From the NCBI RefSeq assembly GCF_048268085.1, contig NZ_JBLWWF010000012.1, positions 19,909 to 83,908 of the forward strand: a DNA stretch of 64,000 nt. Direction: 5' to 3'. The stretch comes from Neptunicella sp. GTDB lineage: Bacteria > Pseudomonadota > Gammaproteobacteria > Enterobacterales > Alteromonadaceae. The notes under the pieces are model-generated. The model made no database searches. It had not been told where the DNA came from and was given only the letters and a program-made list of their open reading frames with translations. Below, piece after piece: positions 51,472 through 58,071 of the stretch (the stretch's first letter is position 1; the number at the start of each line of letters is the position of its first letter). Position numbers and translations under genes: made by a program.

Positions 51472-52980
51472 TTGACTAAAAAAATAAGAGAAATCAATAC
51501 GTTGGATCTTAGTGATGAGCGTTACCGATTTTTAGTTGAACAGTCAGGAGATTTGATCAGTACGCATCGCCCTGGCGACTGGGCTTATACTGCGGTCAAT
51601 CCCGCGGTGAAAGTCGTTTGTGGTTATCAGCCTGAAGAGATCATGGGTAAACCGGCTTATGATTATTTTCACCCGGATGATGCTGAAGCGATGAAAAACA
51701 AGCTAATTCCGGCAATTTATCGACATGGTATTCGCACCTTTCGTTACCGACACCGACATAAGAATGGTAAATATTATTGGGTCGAGAGCACCCACCGTTC
51801 AATCCGGGATGACAATAGTGGCGAATTACAAGAAATCATCGCGGTAACCCGGGATATCAACGCCCAGGTCGAAGCCCAGGAAATGAGTCAACGTTTAGCC
51901 AAAGTAGTGGAGGCATCGTCGGATCTACTGGTTTTTTGCAACCAGAGTTATCAAATCACTTATATGAATCCTTCTGCGTTGCGATTTTTTGATGTCGCCA
52001 AACAATCGACACCAATAGATTTGAGTCATTTATTTTCCGCCCAAAGCGTCCAGAAACTGACAGCATTGGCCGCAGACATTGCCCAGTCCAGCGACAACTG
52101 GCGCGGTAACTTACCGATTAAATCCAGCCAGTTCTCTGAACGATTCATTGTGTTGCAAGAGCTATTAATCCACTCCCAGCAAAGTACCAATGAGACCGGT
52201 GATCACTATGTTTTCATTTTTAAGGACATTAGCGCTCAAAAGCGGGCAGAACAGGAAAAACATCAACATCAGGCAGAAATTGCCCATGCATCCAGATTGA
52301 TGACAATGGGAGAAATGGCATCCGGATTGGCGCACGAAATTAACCAGCCATTGGCCACGACGCTAAATTATGCGCGCGGAGCGTTAAGGCATCTAGAGCA
52401 TGGTACGTTAGATGATATTGAGAAAGTCCGCTCCGTGTTTGATAATATTGTGCGCCAAACCCAACGAGCCGCAGATATTGTCAAGCGGTTGAGAACGTTG
52501 GTAAAAAAAACGCCTTATCAACGTTCCAAAGTTTCGCTCAATGTTCTATGCCGGGACGTGGTATTTTTTCTGCAACATGAACTACAGGATAGCCAAACCA
52601 CGGTTCAACTGGACTTGGCTTCGGATATACCAGAAATTGATGCCGACAACGTGCAGATTGAACAAGTGCTAATCAATCTGTTACGTAACGCAATAGATGC
52701 TTATAGCAACATTTCAGCTGAAGAAAAGTGTGTTCATATCCAAACCCGGTATGATGCGCAAACAGTATCACTCTTGGTGACAGATCACGGGCGAGGCATA
52801 GCTGACAGTTTGATCCAGTGTTTATTTGATCCCTATGTCAGTGATAAACCAACGGGTTTAGGGATGGGATTATCGATTTCCCGTACCATTATTGAAGCCC
52901 ATGGTGGTGAGATTTCCGTTAAATCCGACAAAAGTACATTCACCACTTTTCAAGTGATTTTGCCGCGTCCCATATCATGA
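51472..52980 (+). CDS. PAS-domain sensor histidine kinase (FixL/DctS-like, cytoplasmic)
   Basis: Two PAS-like segments, an H-box SGLAHEINQPL, and an ATPase with N (LINLLRNAIDA) and G boxes (DHGRGI, GLGMGLSIS). There are no TM segments. TTG start. Confidence 0.85.
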   Translation: MTKKIREINTLDLSDERYRFLVEQSGDLISTHRPGDWAYTAVNPAVKVVCGYQPEEIMGKPAYDYFHPDDAEAMKNKLIPAIYRHGIRTFRYRHRHKNGKYYWVESTHRSIRDDNSGELQEIIAVTRDINAQVEAQEMSQRLAKVVEASSDLLVFCNQSYQITYMNPSALRFFDVAKQSTPIDLSHLFSAQSVQKLTALAADIAQSSDNWRGNLPIKSSQFSERFIVLQELLIHSQQSTNETGDHYVFIFKDISAQKRAEQEKHQHQAEIAHASRLMTMGEMASGLAHEINQPLATTLNYARGALRHLEHGTLDDIEKVRSVFDNIVRQTQRAADIVKRLRTLVKKTPYQRSKVSLNVLCRDVVFFLQHELQDSQTTVQLDLASDIPEIDADNVQIEQVLINLLRNAIDAYSNISAEEKCVHIQTRYDAQTVSLLVTDHGRGIADSLIQCLFDPYVSDKPTGLGMGLSISRTIIEAHGGEISVKSDKSTFTTFQVILPRPIS

Positions 52981-53005
52981 CAATTGACAAAAAAGAGTAT
53001 ATGCC

Positions 53006-53626
53006 TTGAATACAATGACAATTTATATTGTGGACGATGATGCCGCCTTTCGAGAGTCTCTGGTTTGGTTGCTGGAAGGAGCTGGCCATATTGTTAGTGC
53101 ATATGAAAGTGGCGAGGCTTTCTTACACGCTTGTACAGACAATAAAGATTCAATACAGGGATGTTTGTTACTTGATGTCCGCATGAACGGAATGAGCGGG
53201 CTGACCTTGCAACAAGAGTTAAACCAACGCGCTATTACACTCCCGGTCATTATCGTCACCGGCCATGCAGATGTCGCTATGGCAGTACAAGCGATGAAAA
53301 ATAAGGCCGTTGATTTTATTGAAAAACCCTTTGATGACGATAAATTATTAAGGTTGATTGACCGGATACTCGGTGATTTATCACAACAAAGTACTATAGA
53401 GAAACAACAAACACAGCATATTGAACGATGGCGTTCATTGACCAAACGGGAGGAACAGGTGGCTCAGTTGGTCATTGCTGGGCGAGTAAATAGAGAAATT
53501 GCTGAACAACTCGGTATTAGTATCAAAACCGTTGAAATTCATCGCAGTCGTGTCATGAGCAAAATGCAGGCGCGGAATATTGCGGAATTAATAAAACAAC
53601 ACGTCGATCTTCAGCCCTCTATATAA
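53006..53626 (+). CDS. FixJ/LuxR(NarL)-family response regulator
   Basis: Receiver domain (IYIVDDD...LLLDVRMNGMSG...TGHADV) plus a C-terminal GerE HTH (LTKREEQVAQLVIAGRVNREIAEQLGISIKTVEIHR). Either the TTG at 53006 (SD aagag upstream) or the ATG at 53015. Confidence 0.88.
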   Translation: MNTMTIYIVDDDAAFRESLVWLLEGAGHIVSAYESGEAFLHACTDNKDSIQGCLLLDVRMNGMSGLTLQQELNQRAITLPVIIVTGHADVAMAVQAMKNKAVDFIEKPFDDDKLLRLIDRILGDLSQQSTIEKQQTQHIERWRSLTKREEQVAQLVIAGRVNREIAEQLGISIKTVEIHRSRVMSKMQARNIAELIKQHVDLQPSI

Positions 53627-53729
53627 TTAAATTAAGCTCGAAAAGGTGGCTCTACTCTTTTAGTAGCCAACATTTAGCGCACAAATTACCATCTAACAAC
53701 TGACCTTTTATTTTTTGGAGAGCCCATAA

Positions 53730-54419
53730 ATGCTGCAACTATACATTGCTAACAAAAATTACTCGTCATGGTCACTACGGCCATGGGTTTTGATGCAGCA
53801 GCTGGGCATTGAGTTCGAAGAAATATTGGTGCCTTTTGGACTGTCAAAGGATCCAGCCGGTTTTCATGCTTTCTCGCCTACCGGTAAAGTGCCCTGTCTG
53901 GTTGATAATGGCACCACCATCTGGGACTCGTTGGCAATTATCGAATATCTGGCAGAATCACATGCGACAGTTTGGCCTGCGAATAAAGTAGCAAGAGCCT
54001 GGGCGCGCAGTGCCAGTGCGGAAATGCATTCCGGTTTTGGTCAAATCCGCAATATTTGCGGCATGAATTGCGGCTTACGAGTGAAGTTGTATGCCCCCGA
54101 AGCTGAGCTGCTGACAGAATGGCAACGAGTTGACCAGTTATGGTGTGAAGGACTGGATAAATTCGGTGGACCTTTTTTGGCTGGTGATCATTTTACTGCC
54201 GTTGATGCGTTTTACGCCCCGCTAGCTTTTCGGGCACAAACTTATACGCCGGCATTATCAGAACAAGCCAATCAATATGTACAACGCCTATTGGCATTAG
54301 CGCCAATGCAGCAATGGTATCAAGCTGCATTAGCAGAAGGTTGGCGTGATGATGCTCACGAGGAAGAAGCCAAAGCAGTGGGTGAGTGGTTAGCCGATTT
54401 TCGCAGCGAAGCAGACTAA
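53730..54419 (+). CDS. glutathione S-transferase family protein
   Basis: N-terminal thioredoxin-like fold (LYIANKNYSSWSLRPW...GKVPCL.D....IWDSLAI.EYL) and a helical C-terminal domain. Confidence 0.85.
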   Translation: MLQLYIANKNYSSWSLRPWVLMQQLGIEFEEILVPFGLSKDPAGFHAFSPTGKVPCLVDNGTTIWDSLAIIEYLAESHATVWPANKVARAWARSASAEMHSGFGQIRNICGMNCGLRVKLYAPEAELLTEWQRVDQLWCEGLDKFGGPFLAGDHFTAVDAFYAPLAFRAQTYTPALSEQANQYVQRLLALAPMQQWYQAALAEGWRDDAHEEEAKAVGEWLADFRSEAD

Positions 54420-54481
54420 AATGTATTGCACTTGGCAATATGGATGTTAAAGGGATGACTTTTGCAGGTATTGGCAGACAC

Positions 54482-54508
54482 AAAAAAGGCGCTTAACGCG
54501 CCTTTTTT
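54482..54508. terminator. bidirectional intrinsic terminator between the GST gene and rpmE
   Basis: aaaaaa-ggcgc-ttaac-gcgcc-tttttt: the stem is flanked by an A-run and a T-run, serving the convergent genes. Confidence 0.8.
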
Positions 54509-54524
54509 AACAAATGCTGTCAGC

Positions 54525-54740
54525 TTACTTCTTAGAAGAAAGACCACCGAAGCGTTTGTTGAATTTCTCGATACGACCACCGCTATCAACGTTACGTTGT
54601 TTACCAGTATAGAACGGGTGACATTCTGAACATACGTCCAGGAACAAATCATTCTTACAAGTAGAACGGATAGTCATTTTGTTACCACAAGAACAGTTTG
54701 CAGTAATTTCGTTATATTCCGGGTGTATACCTTCTTTCAT
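54525..54740 (-). CDS. rpmE: 50S ribosomal protein L31 (Zn-ribbon type A)
   Basis: MKEGIHPEY...CSCG...[12 protein letters not shown] is the canonical L31 with both Cys pairs. Confidence 0.96.
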   Translation of the reverse strand: MKEGIHPEYNEITANCSCGNKMTIRSTCKNDLFLDVCSECHPFYTGKQRNVDSGGRIEKFNKRFGGLSSKK

Positions 54741-54943
54741 GGGATAGCCTCTTTATTTTGGCCCGTATCGCAATCCGGCCCGTAGCCAAACACCATACGT
54801 GTTTTACAGTTAACAACCTGCTGGTTGCATTTTTTGGAGGCGGGATTCTAAAGTATGCCACCGCTACAGGCAAGTACTATTTGTGGTTTTAATAACCGAT
54901 TTCAATAAAACATTTATCACGCCAAGGCGCAAAGATCACAGAG

Positions 54944-54987
54944 GGAAAGATAATTCAGCAACGAGTGGCGAGCTTCGAGCGACGAGC
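54944..54987. repeat. left arm of an imperfect inverted repeat bounding the AT-rich island
   Basis: ggaaagataattcagcaacgagtggcgagcttcgagcgacgagc. The 12-mer cgagtggcgagc (54963-54974) is the exact reverse complement of 57936-57947. The whole block is about 70-75% similar to the reverse complement of 57936-57978 by hand alignment. Confidence 0.5.
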
Positions 54988-55190
54988 TAAAGAAAAACAC
55001 ACTGGACCCCGTTCCGGCTCAAAGGATTACCGGTATGACGAAGACTACCGGGGTGACAAATAAAACAACACGTGGGGATAACAGATAAAAATATAATCAC
55101 CACAACAGTCCAAAGAATGGATAAGAAAGGGTGGACTAATCTATTCAATCGGAGTAAAAAGACAACTAATAAAACGGAATTTATTAGAAC

Positions 55191-55895
55191 ATGGATGTAT
55201 TTATTTCAGATTGTTTCTCTCAATTGGTTCAAAATTTAACTTTTTCATTAAGTTGTCGTCAATTATTCCATAAGCTAAACGACATTGTTCAATATTTGGG
55301 GTTTGACTATTATGCATATAGTGTTCATGCGGCTTTTCCTGTAAGTAATCCAAGTTTTGTATTTTATAGTAATTACCCTGATGAATGGAAAAAAAAGTAC
55401 GCAAAGAATAACTACCCTATAGAAGACCCAACGATAATACACGGCCTTAAAACTTCACTTCCTCTCATATGGAGAGCTAATGAGGTAACTAAACAAAAGA
55501 ATTTCTGGGAAAATGCATTTACTCACAAGATTAGGTGTGGATGGACTCAATCTGCCGTACTGAATCCTCATAATACTGCCGTTTTTACTATGGCATGTAA
55601 AAAGCAAATTGATGTTTCACACCAGTTACAATCTCACCTGCTTACTTTGAGCGCTACGTTCCATAATTTATACACTAAAGTGGTGCTTGCTGAAGTGCCA
55701 GATATAAATCTAACAAAAAGAGAAATTGAAATCCTAAAATGGTGTTCTGATGGAAAAACATCCGAAGAGATCGCCATGATACTTAATGTCAAAAAGCGCA
55801 CAATTAGTTTTCATATAGCGAATGCGATAAATAAGCTTAATGTAAATAATAAAACATCTGCTGCTGTTAGAGCCGTTCAATTGAAAATTCCATAA
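55191..55895 (+). CDS. LuxR-family acyl-homoserine-lactone-type receptor/transcription factor (no cognate synthase in the window)
   Basis: Autoinducer-binding pattern YPDEWKKKY......EDP...........LIW....CGW, equivalent to TraR W57, Y61, D70, P71, W85 and G113. C-terminal GerE HTH (LTKREIEILKWCSDGKTSEEIAMILNVKKRTISFHI). Confidence 0.85.
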   Translation: MDVFISDCFSQLVQNLTFSLSCRQLFHKLNDIVQYLGFDYYAYSVHAAFPVSNPSFVFYSNYPDEWKKKYAKNNYPIEDPTIIHGLKTSLPLIWRANEVTKQKNFWENAFTHKIRCGWTQSAVLNPHNTAVFTMACKKQIDVSHQLQSHLLTLSATFHNLYTKVVLAEVPDINLTKREIEILKWCSDGKTSEEIAMILNVKKRTISFHIANAINKLNVNNKTSAAVRAVQLKIP

Positions 55896-56497
55896 AACAT
55901 TCAGCTTTTGAACATAATCTGACCGAGCCGAGATCATAAAATCATCAGTCCGGCTTCAGCTTAAAACACTTAGGCTCATGCTCTTGTTCTGGTGTTTAAG
56001 TTAACCCTCTCATTTATCGTCAATAGTATTTCTGCACATAACCAATGGTTCCCGGCAACTTATTGCCTAGTGTAGGAAAGCTTTGGGTGATAAATAGTTT
56101 AAAAAATTAACCTTCTTAGCATAAATACTTCATTGATCACATCCGGATCAGTTTTTGGATAGCAAGTATTTGAAATATATACAATATTAGGTTCTCATAA
56201 ATAAATTTATATGTTGCAGATGCTTTTGCAGACTTATGACCAGACAGCTGATTTACCCTGTCATTTATGCCAGTTTTTAATCGGCTAGATGTCTGATTTA
56301 ATCTTTCTGACGGGAATTACATGCTCTTTAAATAATCGTTTCAAATCAATGGTGTTATATAAGTTAATGATATTTAACATAAAATATTTTCAGCGTGAGT
56401 TGATTGATTGTGAGTAAAGAGCATTTTGTCTTTAGTCAACATTCTTAATTCATTGAAAGGATAACTGTAATGAAAACTTAAAAAAATATTAAACATA

Positions 56498-56911
56498 TTG
56501 GTTTTATTTTCTCTATTAGGTGCAACTTCAGCATATGCTCAAACAGGTTCTTGGGAAGAGGAAAGGCCTCGTTATACAATTTATGGAAGTGGTGGGTATG
56601 CTGAAACCCTGTTTTATAATTTGCAGACACCAAGAACAGGCATCCACATTACAAATGTAGAATGGAATTGGGTTGGTTATAGCAATGGATTTGATTCGCA
56701 AACAGTGGAAATTTGTTATAGAACACCTAGCGGCTACAATGACGTACTATGTTTTGATATATCAGACCTCCAAACAGGTCAATTAAGCGGCTTTAATGGA
56801 TATGACCCCAGAGGAACAATAGTGCTACGTTATACCCTGGTTGGTGGCACGTATTATGCCTATGGAACTAGTGGAGCTGACGACATAATAACAGTCACTT
56901 ATAGCGATTAA
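56498..56911 (+). CDS. hypothetical secreted beta-rich protein with an ambiguous or disrupted 5' end; possible FlhE-like fold
   Basis: The ORF begins in the middle of a signal peptide (VLFSLLGATSAYA-QTG). A good SD (aaagga) and ATG at 56470 lie one nucleotide out of frame. The mature part is rich in Gly, Tyr and Thr, with 2 Cys. The order of GSW, W.W, C...C, VGG and V.Y resembles FlhE as I remember it (weak). Confidence 0.5.
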   Translation: MVLFSLLGATSAYAQTGSWEEERPRYTIYGSGGYAETLFYNLQTPRTGIHITNVEWNWVGYSNGFDSQTVEICYRTPSGYNDVLCFDISDLQTGQLSGFNGYDPRGTIVLRYTLVGGTYYAYGTSGADDIITVTYSD

Positions 56912-56930
56912 GATAAAATTAGGGGGTAGG

Positions 56931-57704
56931 ATGCTAATAGATACCGACAAAGTTACTATTGATTCAAGAGCCATAGTCTCAAAAGATGTGATTGACAAAG
57001 AGGCGGTCGGAGACTATCAAGTTGAATTATCTGAAATTACACTTAGTCAAACTGGGCAAGACATTAATGATCTTTATCAAAAGGTTTTACAGGTCGCAAA
57101 AGAGCATCCATCCCCTATTTATATATCAGTAGATAAACGCTTTGAGTTGTTGGAAAAGACGGCAAGTATGATCGCTGCGAAATCAGATATTAGTTATACA
57201 TCTGAGCAAATCCATAGGGCTTCACAAGATGTTGGGAAAGAGCTAAATATTACTGAAATTCCCCCCGGAGATATAAGCGCCGGAGGGGGAAATGTATTTT
57301 CTTTTCTAAGCCAAGAAGATAAAACTCGTTTAGGCGAGGCTTATCAACATGCACTGGATAACAACTCCGATCTGAAAGACGTAAACACTGTTGCTTTTAC
57401 TTTAGCTATTGCTAAATTTAGGGAAGAAAAAATTGCTTCTGGGACTATCTACGGAACTTTTAGTAAAGAAGAAAGAGAAAGTCTCTATGAGCTTAACAAT
57501 AAATTAGAAGCTCCTTCTGATGAAATAAAACAATCAGGAAGAGATTTCGTTGAAGTATTGAAAAGCGAGTTAGAGGGGAATGATCTATTTTCTTCAAATC
57601 CTTTTTTAAAAACATTAATTCAACGTGATAGTATTTTTGATATATTAGAAGCAAGAGACCCAGACTACTTTAATAAAAATATCCGTAAAAAGTTTTTCAC
57701 TTAA
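56931..57704 (+). CDS. hypothetical protein (257 aa, acidic, no signal peptide or TM segment)
   Basis: Strong SD (aggggg) 5-6 nt before the ATG, 19 nt after the upstream stop. Coding-like periodicity. No family I recognise. Confidence 0.55.
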   Translation: MLIDTDKVTIDSRAIVSKDVIDKEAVGDYQVELSEITLSQTGQDINDLYQKVLQVAKEHPSPIYISVDKRFELLEKTASMIAAKSDISYTSEQIHRASQDVGKELNITEIPPGDISAGGGNVFSFLSQEDKTRLGEAYQHALDNNSDLKDVNTVAFTLAIAKFREEKIASGTIYGTFSKEERESLYELNNKLEAPSDEIKQSGRDFVEVLKSELEGNDLFSSNPFLKTLIQRDSIFDILEARDPDYFNKNIRKKFFT

Positions 57705-57935
57705 TTTGTAAGCTTTTTTGCTGATTCTGACACAAAAATAGGTTGTTTGAGCAGAGTCGAAAGTGAGCTGTTTTTTTACAGATAATAGAGTACTATTTTT
57801 TCACAGAATACATTAATGGAAAGTTAGTAATATATTTGAGTACTACTTTGTCGTTGTGAATTTTTCGATCGACGAGCTTTAAATTCCTTTCTCCGTGCCC
57901 CTGTGGTCAATAAGCTTTTTCTTTTTTTGCTTTTG

Positions 57936-57978
57936 GCTCGCCACTCGAAGTCCGCTGCTCGCTGCTATTACTATTTCC
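57936..57978. repeat. right arm of the imperfect inverted repeat bounding the AT-rich island
   Basis: gctcgccactcgaagtccgctgctcgctgctattactatttcc. See the left arm at 54944..54987. Confidence 0.5.
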
Positions 57979-58071
57979 TATTCTAATTAAATCGAATACA
58001 TGACCTGACGCGGCAGTTACTTTATAGTAATAAGCCTGTAATGTTAGTTTGCCTCTACTACCTGAGATCCT

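Noticed and set aside
54741-54943. I looked for a structured rpmE leader or a hidden tRNA or integration site at the left island boundary. Visible elements are the direct repeat ggcccgta x2 and small hairpins such as caacc-agca-ggttg and ccggta-N10-taccgg.
   Set aside because: I could fold no cloverleaf by eye, and the stems are only 5-6 bp. L31 autoregulatory leaders exist in E. coli, but I cannot show homology here without an alignment or covariance model.
54980-54988. The 9-bp direct repeat cgacgagct at 54980-54988 and 57870-57878 could be a target-site duplication of the island.
   Set aside because: A 9-mer shared between two ~400-nt regions is expected by chance about half the time. The copies are not positioned symmetrically outside the inverted arms.
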